A DNA stretch of 64,000 nucleotides from the human T2T-CHM13v2.0 reference genome, Homo sapiens (GCF_009914755.1 NC_060926.1), one strand, 5' to 3'. Counted from the stretch's first letter, positions 1 through 16,399 are shown. Notes: generated by a model not told the origin, from the sequence alone. Numbers and translations: made by a program.

Positions 1-189
1 CTTAAGTGTTTACATTTTTAAATATTGATTATTGCTAGAAGGAACTCATACATTAAATTGGCATACTCTTTTTTTATTCTTTTCTTGCCTTATTTTCAAT
101 TATTCTATAAATTAGAAAAATTTTTTTCTTAGAATAAACAAAATCACAGTGTTCTGAGATTTTGCAAAGTCTATGTCACTGAATAACAG

Positions 190-2138
190 TGAATATGATT
201 TTTCCTTATGAATGAGAATATTTTCTCTGGCAAAAATAGAATTAAATTAGAAATCAACTACACAAATAAATTTGGGAAACCCTGAAGTATTTGGAAATTT
301 ATGAATATATTTCTAAAAGAGGTCACAAGAAATTGTAAAATATTTTGGACTGAATGAAGACTAAAATCCAACATTTCAACATTTATAGAATGCAACTAAA
401 ACGGTAGTTTTGGGGGAATTTATAATTTTAAATGTCTATTTTAGGGAAGAATAATATTCTCAAATTAATATCCCTAGCTTAATCTTAAGAAACTTAACAA
501 CAGAAAAGCAAAGTTATTCAAAGCAAACAGAAGGAAGAAAATAATAAAGATTAAGATGGAAATATACCCAAAAGTTAATTCTTTAAAAAGACCAACAAAA
601 CTGACAAAATCTTACCTAGATTTACTACAAACATGAGAGAAAACACAAATTACCAAGACTGACAATGAAAGAGATGACATCATTAGGACCCTAAAGACAT
701 TTTAATATATTATAAAAATGTTATTATAATAATTTAGATAACTAGCAAAAATGGATAAAGTCATGGAAGGACCCAAATTACCAAAGTGGGGTCAATGAGA
801 ATTTGAGAGTATGAATAAAACTATAAAATTGAATTAGCAATTTAATATCTTCTCTAAAATAAAAGCCCTCTATCTCATGGCCTTATTCAAAATTCTGTGA
901 AATATTTAAAGAAGAAATAGTAGTAATCTTTCCTACTGGTACCAGTAGGAACCATAAAAATGTATTTTATTAATAGGCTAGTGTAATCCTAATTCTCATA
1001 TCAGACAAATGCATCACAAGGAAACACAACCAAACAGATAAATAAACAACAAAAACTACAGACTAATATTTTTCATAAATGTAGAGGCGGAAGTCTTTAA
1101 CAAAATATTAACAAACTAAATTCAAGAACATATAAAAAGCATTATACACTGTGACCATGTAGGATATATTCCAGACAGTCAAGGTTGGTTTGTCATCTAA
1201 AAGTCAAATAAGGTAATACATTATATTAACAGAATAAAGTAAAAAGCAACACAGTGAACTCAATATACAGAAAAAAATTGAAAAATTCTAATAGTCATGA
1301 TAAAAACTCTCAAAAAACTAGTAATAAAAGGGAATATCTTTAAAATGACAAACAGTATTTAGTTCACAGCGGATATAATACTTAATGGTAGAGAATGTTA
1401 ATTTAATATTTCTATTAAAATCTGAAATGAGGCAAGAATGTCTGTTCTCATCACTTCTATTCAACATAGTACTGAAGGATCTAGCCAGTGCATTAAAAAG
1501 GAAAAAAAAGCAATTAACAGCACTCAAATTGAAAGAGAAATGTACAATTATTTTACTTCTCAGATGACATGATCCTTTATGCAGAAAATACAAAGAGATC
1601 CATAATAAACTACTTGAACTAATAAACAAATTTACCAATGTCATAGGATACAAGATTAATATAATTGTATTTCTGTGTACTTTCAAGGAGCAATCTAAAA
1701 ATGAAATTATAGAAAAATTATATCCATGACATCAGAAATAAGATACACAAAAAAATTAAGAATATAATGTAAATGTAAGTATAATATATATTAATATAGC
1801 ATAATTATAATGAATATGAAATAAATATAAATATGTAAAATAACATCACAAACTAAGAATATAAATAAAAAAGATTAAAAAATCTGTGTTAAAAACTACA
1901 AAATGTTGCTAAAACAAATTGAAGATCTATATAAATGGAGAGACATTCCATGTTCATGAATTGTAAGTCTCCATACTGTGAAGATGGCAATTCTCCCAAA
2001 ATTGATCTATACATTGAATGCAATTTCTATCAAAATTCTAAGTAGGCTTTTTTTGGAGGTAGAAATCGATGAGCTGGTTTAGAAATTTATGTGAAAATGT
2101 TAAGGACCTAAAACAGCCATGACAATATTTAAAAATAA
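190..2138 (+). mobile_element. Old L1M-type LINE-1, degenerate ORF2 (5' part of an interrupted element)
   Basis: A-rich degenerate ORF2, e.g. RQECLFSSLLFNIVL at 1385-1567. It resumes at 3741 after the younger insert. Confidence 0.85.
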
Positions 2139-3740
2139 GAAAATGGCCATACTGCCCAAATTGATTTATAGATTCAATCCTACCCCAATCAAACTACTGT
2201 TGACTTTCTTCACAGAATTGGAAAAAACTATTTTAAATTTCATATGGAACCAAAAAAGAGCTCACATAGCCAAGACAATCCTAAGCAAAAAGAACAAAGC
2301 TGGAGGCATCATGCTACCTGACTTTAAACTACACCGCAAGGCTACAGTAACCAAAACAGCATGGTACTGGTACCAAAACAGATATATAGACCAATGGAAC
2401 AAAACAGAGGCCTCAGAGACAACACCACACATCTACAACCATCTGATCTTTGACAAACCTGACAAAAACAAGCAATGGGGAAAGAATTCCCTATTTAATA
2501 AATGGTGTTGGGAAAACTGTCTAGCCATATGTAGAAAGCTGAAAGTGGATCACTTCCTTTCACCTTATACAAAAATTAACTCAAGATGGATTAAAGACTT
2601 AAACATAAGACCAAAAACCATAAAAACCCTAGAAGAAAACCTAGGCAATACCATTCAGGACATAGGCATGGGCAAAGACTTCATGACTAAAACACTAAAA
2701 GCAATGGCAACAAAAGCCACAATTGACAAATGGGATCTAACTAAACTAAAGAGTTTCTGCACAGCAAAAGAAACTACCATCAGAGTGAACAGGCAGCCTA
2801 CAGAATGGGAGAAAATTTTTGCAATCTATCCATCTGACAAAGGGCTAATATCCAAAATCTACAAAGAACTTAAATTTACAAGAAAAAAACAACCCCATCA
2901 AAAAGTGGGTGAAGAAAATGAACAGACTCTTCTCAAAAGAAGATCATTATGTACCCATCAAACATATGAAAAAAAGCTCATCATCACTTTTCATTAGAGA
3001 AATGCAAATCAAAACCACAATTATATATCATCTCACGCCAGTTAGAATGGCAATCAATAAAAAGTCAGGAAACAACAGATGCTGGAGAGGATGTGGAGAA
3101 ATAGGAATGCTTTTACGCTGTTGGTGGGACTGTAAATTAGTTAAACCATTGTGGAAGACAGTGTGGTGATTCCTCAAGGATCTAGAACTAGAAATACCAT
3201 TTGACCCAGCAATCCCATTATTGGGTATATACCCAAATAATTATAAATCATTTTACTATAAAGATACATGCACACATATGTTTATTGTGGCACTATTCAC
3301 AATAGCAAAGTCTTGGAACCAGCCCAAATGCCCATCAATGATAGACTGGATAAAGAAAATCTGGCACATATACACCATGGAATACTATGCAGCCATAAAA
3401 AACGATGAGTTCCTGTCCTTTGGAGGGACATGGATGAAGCTGGAAACCATCATTCTCAGCAAACTAACACAAGAACAGAAAACCAAACACCACATGCTCT
3501 CACTCATAAGTGGGAGCTAAACAATGAGAACACATGGTGAACAGTAAGGGGAACATCATACACCGGGACCTGTCAGTGGGTGAGGAGCTAGGGGAGGGAT
3601 AGCATTAGGAGTATAGGAGTAATACCTAATGTAAATGATGGGTTGATGGGTGCAGCAAACCACCATGGCACATCTATACCTGTGTAACAAACCTGCACAT
3701 TCTGCACACGTACCCCAGAACTTAAAGTATAATAATAAAA
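2139..3740 (+). mobile_element. 5'-truncated primate L1PA (about L1PA7/8) nested in the older L1
   Basis: ORF2 C-terminus ([12 protein letters not shown]...KTKHHMLSLISGS) broken by frameshifts and stops. L1PA 3'UTR with GAT at the Ta-diagnostic site and an A-rich tail. Flanks aagaaaatgg / aagaaattgg. Confidence 0.92.
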
Positions 3741-4955
3741 AAGAAATTGGAGGAATTGCCATACCCGATTTCAAAACTTACTATAAAGTTACAGTAGCCA
3801 AGAAAATGTGGTACTATCATAATGACAAAAATATAAATCAGTGAAATAGAATTGAAAGTCAAGAAATAAGCCCTTAGGTTTATGGCCAATTAATTTTAAA
3901 AAATAGCAAGGCAATTCAATGAAGGAAAGAATAGTATTTTCAACAAATGGTGATAGGAAAATTATATATCCACTTGAAAAAAAATGAATTTAGACCCTGA
4001 TACCACAATAGAAAAAAAATTCAGAATATAGAAGACCTTAATGTTAGCACTAACACTATAAAACTTTTTAGAAAAAGACTACCAGAGAATCTTTTACCTT
4101 GATTTAGACAAATATTCTTAAATGTGATATCAAGAGCATCATTCATAAAAGTGAAAATTAATAAACTTGACTTATTGCTAAGAGAATGAAAAGTCAGGGA
4201 GAATGTATTTGCAAACCTTATATTTTATGAAGATCTTATATCTAAAATGTATTTTAAAAAATCAAAACAAATCAGGCGAGAGATTTTAACAAATTTTTTA
4301 CCAAAGAATTCATGTGATTGGGTAATACATACATGGAAAGGTGCTCACCATCATTATCTTTCAGGAAGTGCAAATTAAAAACATAATGAAATACCTCTAT
4401 ATATCTACAAGAATACCTATAATCAAAACGGCAATACCAAACATTGGCAAAATGCAGAGAGACTAGAACCTTTATGCATTGCTGGTGGAAATACAACACT
4501 TGGGGAGACAACGTGACAGTTTCCTAAAAAGTAAAATGTGTACTTATTACATAACCCAGTAATTCCACTGTTATTTATATGCCAATGCAAAACGAGACAT
4601 ACAGCTATGCAAAATCTTGTACAGGAATGTTTATGACAACATTCTTTATATACTTAAACACTGCAAACAATACAGAATTCTATTAACTAGTAAGTGGATA
4701 AAAATGTATATATATACAGTGGAATATGAATGATTAACAGTAAAAAGAACAAATTCCTGTGGCTACTATAAGATGGATAAGTCCTGAAAACATTATGCTG
4801 ATTAAAAGAAGCATATGTACTGCGTATTGTATGATTCCATTCAAATGAAAAGTCCAGAAAAGCCAAATTTTCTAGAGACAAAGAACAGATTGCCTGGTGA
4901 TTGAATTTTACCTATACAATGGCTAAATTTTTAAGATATGAACATTACACCCCCA
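3741..4955 (+). mobile_element. Old L1M (MC/MD-like) ORF2 end and 3'UTR, continuation of 190-2138
   Basis: Restarts at EIGGIAIPDFKTYYK, the point where the upstream part broke off. Degenerate 3'UTR motifs such as gtatgattccatt. Confidence 0.8.
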
Positions 4956-5926
4956 AAATGAGAGACATGGAAGGAGTAATCAGAGCCATTTCCAGATGTA
5001 ATCTCAGCCTCTTACCATAGGGATGATATGGACTGGAGGAAATTCTCAAGAATGTGATTATTTTAATTATGATGGGAACAAGGTAACTATAAAGAATAGA
5101 AAACAAACATTTTAGAGATAAGCCCTGATTCCATTTCTGTATTGAATTTACAGATAATTGTTTAGACGCTACTTTTGATCGAAATAACATATATAAGCTA
5201 TTTAGACTTAAAAGAAAAAGACATGTAGAAAGTTTCCTCTAGTTGAACAAAACCTTCAACTGCTTTCTGTATTCCTATTTTGACTCTCGAAAAGAAAGAA
5301 AATGAAAAGGCAAACAATGGGTGAAGAGCTTTTATTCAACTACATTCTTTTACCTGATATGTTTTAGGTTCAATAAAAGCCAATTTTATGAGTTTGTGGA
5401 TATATATACACACACACATATATACGTATTGAGCATTGCTTGAATATTGAGACTTTTGGAATGATCAGGTATAGTAAAATAAACTCTGATATAGAGGACT
5501 AGAAAGAAAAATGACTTTTTAAAAATAAAACAGGTGCATTTGTACTTTGAGTGTACAGTGTATGTGTCACATGTTTATATGTGATACTTATGCACATTAC
5601 TTATATACATATTTAATGTTAAACATGTAAAATATACACACTAAGAGTACATGTTTTGTTTATATTTTGCTAGGTTCTCATTTAATCACAAGGAATATTA
5701 ACCTAATTAAGGCACAACATTTTCTTTTTGCCATATTCTAACAGCAAAGATAAAGAGACACTCCAGTGTCATGTTATATGTATGACAGATGCTTACAGTC
5801 AACAATTGCCACTGCAAACAGCATTGGTTAGCAACTGTATTAAACTTAGACGTACTGTTGGTGATTTGGGTGGACTTAACAGTTGTCAAAATTTGGGGTA
5901 AGTCAGTTTTCATCTTGTGAGTTTGA

Positions 5927-6223
<297 letters not shown>

Positions 6224-6684
6224 TGAGTTTGATTTTAATATAAAGTTTTCTAACCACATGAAAGAGTTTCTATTGTTTTGATTACCATGGCTATAATTGA
6301 TCTCAATTTTTTTCATGCAGGCAATATTAGCATTGTGATACATAAAATATATACTCAATTTAATTCTTTGGGAGTGACCACCAGCTCTCTCCTTAACTGA
6401 CTACTCTCTAGGGATAAAAAAGCAATTTGAGGAAATTTGGGCCATGTAAAGATATTGTAAACATCAAAATTGTGAGAAACAAAAACTAAATATAATATGA
6501 ATTCAAATTGTGTGTGTATATTCACATAAAATCTGTCCAACTTCCAACAGTTGAATGACTGGAATTATTTCTAACTTCTGAGATTTGATATTGGTTCTAT
6601 GACTAAAGAACAAGCTGGAAAGGACTACCATGTTATTAGACCACCCATAGGTAAAATTATTTTCAAGGCTTACATAGTAAAACA

Positions 6685-6691
<7 letters not shown>

Positions 6692-6732
<41 letters not shown>
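6692..6732. repeat. (TA)n(CA)n compound microsatellite
   Basis: Read directly from the sequence. Confidence 0.95.
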
Positions 6733-8019
6733 CTTTGTTTGCATTATCATACTAGATATTGTGGCTATAAAACAGAATAGAATATGAAATTTGTCCTCAA
6801 GGATGTAAAAGTACATTTATCTTTTTCTTTCTTCTCAGAACATTGTAATAAATGTAGTACATTTTCCTCTGTAGAATTAGTAACCATAGTATTCATTTGA
6901 ATATTCAGTGGTAATGTGAGTTTCAATTTTTAGCTTTATAGGTACTTTCTAGTGACTGATATAATAGGTTTCAGAGGCCCATTAACTCTACCTGGTGTCC
7001 ACATAAGTAATCACATACTCTGTTGTATGAATGGCTTACATTTTTCATAACGACCTGCAAATATAAAACCTTTCTTTCTCTCCCTATTAGTTATTCTCTC
7101 TTGGCACGTAAGTAGAAGAGACATAATGAAATACCAGGAGTTTTATCTATTTGAACTCAAGTAATATCTCCCAAGGTGACATTCCCATGGGTAAAAAAGC
7201 AGTCTTCTTCATTTTTGTGTTTTAAAACACTTATTTAGATCTAGACTTAAGTGTTGCTTTTCTTGTAGGAGTTTGAAAATGCTTAACAGTCTAAAGTTAA
7301 TTATTACTCTTTACAAATATATTCAAGTTTCTCAAGTTATCTAACTGGCTATTCTTCCTGGCTGGTTGCCTGTAGATTTTCTTAGAAAATTTGCTACTTT
7401 GACAGGGTAGAGTTACATGATATTGTCCCTACTGTTGTATTCTGGATGTCTCTCATGCTGCCCTATCAGAATCCCGAGAAATGGCATAGGAAGATCACTG
7501 GAGGGTACACTGAGCATAAATTGATCTGGCTACTGCCAGGTCTTCAGAATGAGAAGAGGGAAGAGTTGCTGTGTATGTTGAGCAATTAAAGTACTATCAA
7601 ATGAATCTGATCACAACATATTGCCTGGAAATATGCTATATTGCTATGGCAAAGTCTATTTTGTATATGAGATTGATTGTTCCACATGAGGGCAGGAACT
7701 TGTCTTTCATAATGAGTCAGAGAAGTGACAATTTCTCGTTATATTTCAGAGTTATGGGGGATTGACTATAGTGTGTATTCTGCAGATATGCCTCAAAGAT
7801 AAAAATAAATTAAATGCAATGGAAACGTGTTGATGAATTTAAAAAGTTGTTATTTAACCTATTGGTATTTATTAGCTCCCCTGTGGCTTCTATGTTGAGA
7901 ATAAAAAGATGAATAAAACAAGTTTACACTAATATCTTGTCATCTCAAACGCTCAAAATAGTCAGTCTTAAATGACTGATTTGATGCTTTTTTTTTTAGT
8001 AAAATTTAAAACCTAGTGA

Positions 8020-8480
8020 CTAAAAGGGCATTCTTTGGAGTGGCAGAGATGTTCTATGTTTTGATTGTGATGGTGGTTACATGCTTGTATATATTTGTCT
8101 ATTAAATTTTCCATTAAATACTGTTAACATGGGTAGATTTTGTTATATGAAAATTTGACTCAAAGTAAGTTGATGTTGGTCAAAAGGTGCAGTTTCAGTT
8201 ACACAGGATGAATAAGTTCTGAAGATCTTTCATACAACATGGTGACTATAGTTAACTGATATCATATTTTATACTTAAAGACTGCTAAAAAGAATAGATT
8301 TTAAATGTTCTCACCACACTTATAAGCAAAAACTGGTAACTCTGTGAAGTAATGGATGTCTTAACCAGTTTGATTGTAGTAATCATTTCACAATATACAG
8401 GCACATCAAAACATATTGTACACCATAAATATATACATTTTTTCCAACTATACCTCAATAAGGATTAGCAAATAAATAAA
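8020..8480 (+). mobile_element. Two adjacent old L1 3'-end fragments (L1MD/ME-like to about 8172, then L1MA-like)
   Basis: Motifs gatgttctatgttttgattgtgatggtggttacatg and aacatggtgactatagttaa...gattttaaatgttctcaccac...tatacctcaataaa. Confidence 0.75.
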
Positions 8481-8849
8481 AATGGTTTATTTTCTCTCTC
8501 ATTATATAATAGATGATAATGTGTACCAGTACTGCTGGTAAAAGTATTATAAATAATATTTGCTAATATATATTAATGCAGTTACAGATTATTTTCCCTT
8601 TGTTCCGATGTTCTGATTGTGGAATAATTACTGAGTATAGAGTTAATTCCAGGCTTGCTCTTTCTCTCTGTTTCTTTCTTCTCTTTCACTCACATAAACT
8701 AAAGGCATAATTTAATAAATGCCCTTTCGTGTGGACCTTTGGAATGTCTTTTATTCCATTAAAACTTAGAGAAATTGAATGGTATTTTAGGCCTTTAACA
8801 CATTGTTTAATTTACTATTTTCTTCTAAAGAATTGGGATTTCAACAATC

Positions 8850-10090
<1,241 letters not shown>

Positions 10091-12323
10091 GACAAGTTAC
10101 TGACTACTATTTATATTTTATGTGATTTATTTAAGCTGAACTAATTATGATGCTTTCAAAATTTAAATGTGTATAGTTTTAACATCAATGAAATCCAGAA
10201 GAGATAGTTGAAGAAAAGGTTTCTGAGGTTTTTAGGATGGAAGGAAGCATAGGTAAAAGATCATAAAACTGTCAGCAGCTTTTTAAATATATAGAGTGTT
10301 ACATAAACACATATCTGTCCATAAGTAGTGATGCCATAAAATTGTCTATCCTTCACCTCAAATACACAAAGTGTAATTTATTTTTTCTTTAACGGATTTG
10401 GTCTTCCTTATGTGATGAGTATTGGGATATCATACTTTATTTTGGTCCATTTGCGTCTAATCTCACATTAGTCTATAATGCTGTAGATTCAAGTATCCCT
10501 TTAGGCAGTGCTGACTTTCTTGGTTAAAAATCCTGTCTCTCAACCAGTACCTCTCTACCTCCTTACCCTAAAGTGGCATCTGAGGGAAGGGTTGACTTCC
10601 TAACCTCTTAGTGCTGAGATAAGATCCCTGCATTGTGATGCCCTGCGACAAATGTGAATTCCTTTTCTTTTTTTCTCCTATATTCCTGCAGTTGCTGGTC
10701 TCTCTGTTGGTCATAATGGCTGAGCTCCTAAACTGTTTGAGTCCAGAGTGGCATATTTCTTGTGTGTCCAGTAGAGACTGGTGGTCCTCTCTTGCCTACC
10801 CAAGCTCTTCGTGGCTCATGATGGTGACATAGGCTCTCTGAATCACGGCTTCAATTGTTATAGGGTCCTCACTGTTCAACCTCCAGGCCACTTTGCCGGT
10901 CCAACTCTACTCTAGATTACCCTGAAATGATTCAAATGATACCATGTGTCTGTTTCCATTAGTGAAGGGTGATGTGATAGAGCAGTCCCAGTCATAATGT
11001 CTTTGGAGCTAGAACAAGAATATAAATGGAGATTATTAGTTTTACATTAAATATTTAACTCATGAATCAATCTGACAGTTTGTTAAAAATATATGCTATC
11101 CTTCTACCTTGACAAAAATATCTTCTTAATGGTCTGGAGAGCCAGATTTGAATTGAGAATCATCTGACTCCTTAAAGTTCTGCAGCCAAAAAAAAAACAC
11201 AAACAAAACAAAACAAACAAACAAAAAAAACAGCGGTACAGGAGAACTAGCACCTGACACCTGCCCTGTGTCTAACACTAGGTTTTTTTTCACCCCTGAG
11301 GCTGTTAGCATCTTGAGAGCTTCAAACAAACATGTGTGAATGCCCCAGCCTGTATGTTGAAACTGTTTACACATGCTACTCCTCAGGCCCAGAGATGCCC
11401 ATATAGGTGGCTCAATTCATTGCAAAGAGGAAAAACCCAGGGAATGAACTCTCACAGACCAGGGCAGAGGGCTTGGAGAGGAATGTTCAGAGTCCTGGGT
11501 AGGGATGGATTCCAGACAGGTATAATATCAATAGGTAATTATGGCCTCCCCTTGGCCTTATGGAATCCTTGCCACATGAGTAGGAGTGAGCTAGAGGAGG
11601 GAGAGAGAACCCTCCAACGTGCAGAGACTGGGTGTCCTTGATCTAAGGTTCATACTTACTCAGTTCACAGTTAGATTTCCATAATCTCAAGTCTAAAAGG
11701 CTCCTATCTACCAACGTCCTTTCTTAAGGTCTTCTGTTTAATTATACCATGGTCTCGTTCTCCTTTTATATTCTTAAAAAGAACAAGTCACTAACACAGT
11801 CTGCCTGGGAACAGTACACTTTTTGGTAACATCTTAGAGCAGAAAATATATTTAAAAAGCAACAATATAAAGAGGAAATTAATTTTCTTTTTGTTTCCTA
11901 AGTATTACTTAATACTTACAATATATTTTTCCTATTACTTATATAGGTATTGCCATCGACACTTTGTAAGTTGTAGTAATACACACTCATAAATTCAGCA
12001 GTTAACTCCTCTAGCTTTGCACATAATGCTGTTATTTCTTTTAAAACACACGGTTATCCTATTACGCATGTGAAGCTTGGAATAAAATATATATTAAAAT
12101 ATGACTAAAAATAAAAACAGATTTTATAGGCTTTGGAAGTACTATACTTTAAAAGATCTATATTTTTCACACTGAGGAAGGAGAACTACTGAAATAAAGT
12201 GTACTGTGTCAAAGTATTACACACAGAATATGAGAAAGGCAATATTGAATATCCTTGCCCAACTGTGGAAAATTAAGGATTAAGATTTGAGGAAAGTCTA
12301 AATGCGTTAAAATGGAAAATGTA

Positions 12324-12630
<307 letters not shown>

Positions 12631-13514
12631 TGAAAATAATAAGCACAACATTTTGTCATTTAGTTGATAAATCTACAGTTTAGAGTTTGCCATGAGTCAA
12701 ACACTATGGTTTCCCAAGTGAATTAACTTTCATAATAATTTGCCTTTTTAAAAATGATAATTACCCATTCCATAATGGGTAATTACAGGTAACTATATTT
12801 TAAAAGAACTCACTATTACTGTTTATGTATCTACTGATTTGAAAGTGAAAATGTAAAAATGTTTTTATCAACATCACCAAGATGTTTTTCTACAAATTCT
12901 AACTGAATTGTATTCTACTCTATAAACTGATAGACCTTTGCTTTAGAAACTTATGTGGAAATACCAATCCAGAGAAATCCTGTCTCCCTATCTCCCACCT
13001 GGGACTTTTTAGAACCTTTAGTATTCACTTCAAAACGTCTGATATGGGAATTATAGTGTGGTGTTCTTGAACTTTTAATATCACAGATCCCATAATTTGG
13101 AGCATCATGTAACATTTTGTAGAGCTACTATTCCTCAGAACACAATTTGAGAAATGTTCTAATAGAGTCATTTTCCACAAATAGGAAAGTCCTACAAATA
13201 TTATTATACTAAATCATAATGAAAACTAGTCTGATTTGATGTATTAATTATAAAGTAGTTTAGATTACTTTAACTTTTGGTGATTATTGCCAAAACTTCT
13301 TTCCTATTAAGAGTATTCTACAATAAATTAAATTTAGTCCACATATAATGCTGATCATATGTACAGTAACATTAACATCTAAGATGACAGAGTAATATAC
13401 ATCTTATTACTTTTGTGAAAAATAGAAAGGGTTACATAATAAAATATTAATTGTCTAGAATTTGGCTTTCTAGAGGCTTGATATACTGTGATGTAGCCCT
13501 TAAAATATGGATGT

Positions 13515-13710
13515 TCTTGTCAGAAATGTAGTTCTATATTGGGTTCTACTTTTGTTGTCAGTATGACTGGGGCAGGTTACTGGATCTCTTTAGGTTTGTT
13601 TACTCACAGGTAAAATGGTGGTTAATAATATCTTCCTGGAAGAGTTGTGATACTAAAGAGATGGCCTATATATGTAAACCACCTGGCACCTGGTAGAAGC
13701 ATTGATTACT
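13515..13710 (+). mobile_element. MIR
   Basis: Core-like tgactggggcaggttact...ggtaaaatggtggttaataata...cctggcacctggtagaagcatt. Confidence 0.6.
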
Positions 13711-14063
13711 CTTCTACCATTCATTTTCTTTGAATTCAATTTTTTTTGAGGAAGTACTTCTTGGTGACAGTGAAGTTCCTTAACCCTCAAGAAAAAGAGA
13801 AAACTCAGATTCTTGGAGGAAAGAATGTAGCACTCTCTTTTACCTTGTTATAAAAGGTTAAATTTTCCCTTCAGAAATTTGGAAGGCGTGGGGAAAATTT
13901 AAGGGAGCAATAAAGAAGAAAAGCAGAAATCTGAACATAGATGACAATAAAAAGAAATGATAAATACATGCATGTACACTCATGCATGTTTGCACACACA
14001 CATGCACATGTGTACACATGCCCAACAACCACAAACACATCCACAAATAAAACAAGAGACACT

Positions 14064-14410
<347 letters not shown>

Positions 14411-14767
14411 TCACTATTCCTGTGAGGTTGATTTAACTGCTACCTGCACTGCAATTTAATATGATGAACTTAAGAGTACAAGGCATCTGGAATTAATCTG
14501 AAAAATTATTATTAGAATAATGACACTTGAAGTGTTGACTTTTGACTTCAATGGAATATTTATTAACTAGAACATTCTGCATACAGGCAGGACCTTGTGA
14601 AGCAAAATTTATAGCTTTGTGTTCAGGAATGATTACAAACAAAGATAGCAGAATCAGGGCTTTATTAGAGTACTATGCAACAGTTTTGCTAAATATATGT
14701 TAAAGGAATCTGAAAGAATAAAGAGAATCATGAAGATTATCCTAAGGATTCTCCTAAGGAAATTGAG

Positions 14768-15990
14768 CTTTCTGTGCTACCCAGAGAAGGGCCCAGATGG
14801 TACTGGATTCCCGCTGTAACTTAAAGGGAAGCTTTTACAATGTCTGGAACCTGCGATGTCTTGAAAATGAAGGTAGAGGATGTCCTCAAGTTTCTTACAG
14901 CAGGAACCCACTTAGGTGGCACCAACCTTGACTTCTAAATGGATCAGTACATCTGGAAAAGGAAAAGTGATGGCATCTATATCCTAAATCTGAAGAGGAC
15001 TCAGGAGAAGCTTCTGCTGACCGCTCGTGTCATTGTTGCCATTGAAAACTGATGTCAGTGTCATGTCCTCCAGGAATACTGGCCAGAGGGCTCTGCCAAA
15101 GTTTGCTGCTGCCACTGGAGCAACTCCAATTGCTGGCTGCTTCACTCTTGGGATGTTCACTAACCAGATCCTGGCAGCCTTTCAGGAGCCACAGCTTCTA
15201 GTGGTTAATAATCCCAGGGCTGGCCACTGTCCTCTCACAGAGGCATCTTTTATTAACCTGCTTACTATTGCTCTGTGTTACACAGATTCTCCTCTGTGCT
15301 ATGTGGACATTGCCATCCCACTCAACAAAGGAGCTCACTCAGTGGGGCTAATGTGGTTGATGGTGGCCCGGGGAGTTCTGCACTTGTGTGGCACCATCTC
15401 CCATGAACATCCATGGGAGGTCATGCCTGATCTCTACTTCTACAGAGATCCTGAAGGATTAAAAAGGAAGAGCAGGCTGCTACTGAAAAAGCTATGACCA
15501 AGGAAGAAGAATTTCAAGATGAATGGCCTACTGTAGCTCCTGAGTTTGCTGCTACTCAGGCTGAAGTTGCAGACTGGTCTCAAGGTGTGCAGGTGCCCTC
15601 TGTGCTTATTCAGCAGGGCTCTGCTGAAGACTGGAGCACTCAAGACTGCCACAGAAGACTGGTCTTCAACTCCCACTTCTCAGGCCACTGAATGGGTAGG
15701 AACAACCGCTGAGTGGTCTTAAGCTGTTCTTTCATAGATACTTTTTTTTTTTTTTCCTCCTGAGACGGAGTATCACCCTGTTGCCCAGGCTGGAGTGCAG
15801 TGGTGCGATAGCTGACTACAACATCCACCTCCTGAGTAGCTGGGATTACAGGCGTGCACCACCATGCCCGGCTAATTTTTTGTGTCTTTAGTAGAGATGG
15901 GGTTACACCATGTTGGCCAGGCTGGTCTCGAGGTTCTTAAGCTACATGGCAATAAGGTTGTTGGAAAATAAACATTATTGTCTAAAGAAA
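14768..15990 (+). pseudogene. RPSAP23: RPSA (40S ribosomal protein SA / laminin receptor) processed pseudogene, full length and disabled
   Basis: Intronless RPSA mRNA copy. 5'UTR ctttctgtgctacc...gtaacttaaaggga, ATG at 14840, native stop TAA at 15720-15722. Codon 33 (Gln) is now TAA at 14936-14938, and there are frameshifts near 15049 and 15457. Peptides [20 protein letters not shown] and [18 protein letters not shown] are visible. 3'UTR with AATAAA near 15967. Candidate TSD aggaaattga (14757-14766) / aggaaagtga (15993-16002). RPSA origin is secure; the number 23 is from memory and unverified. Confidence 0.93.
15742..15931 (-). mobile_element. 5'-truncated, internally deleted Alu inserted in the RPSA pseudogene 3'UTR
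   Basis: Poly-T then tgagacggag...gctggtctcga. RPSA 3'UTR resumes immediately after it. Confidence 0.9.
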
Positions 15991-16399
15991 ATAGGAAAGT
16001 GAAATATAAAGTTATGAATTTAAAGCTATTTAGAAGGGCATGAAGAAAGACCAAAGAAGTATTCAAACTGAAATTATTCTAAAATGAAATTTCAAATTAA
16101 ATTTAATCTAGTTTCACATTGCTGATTAAATTTTAGATGACACTGTACAAAGCTATCTGGGAGAGTGAAACCACATGACAAATTTACTGGTTGTCATTTT
16201 CTACTTTGTGATTTTAGCCTATAATCAGTTTTAAAGTTCTGATATTTAGAGTGTGCTGCCTCTCTACAACTAAGACCTTTTTGACTTTAACTTTATATCT
16301 GTTTAAAGAATCAATATCCCTTCAGAGGTTCTACGATTACAGATTGAAATTACTTTTTAAAAAGTTAACGTCCCAGGTTCTATTAAGACTAGTTTCCGA

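Noticed and set aside
2119-3520. 292-, 86- and 99-aa ORFs
   Set aside because: Frameshifted pieces of one L1PA ORF2.
13965-14020. CATG/CA-rich self-complementary tract (similar TCTA/TAGA tract at 53488-53570)
   Set aside because: Low-complexity simple repeat whose symmetry is trivial.
15027-15691. 156-aa and 65-aa RPSA-like ORFs as a functional retrogene
   Set aside because: They start at a non-ATG or internal codon, the native frame has a stop at codon 33, and there are multiple frameshifts.
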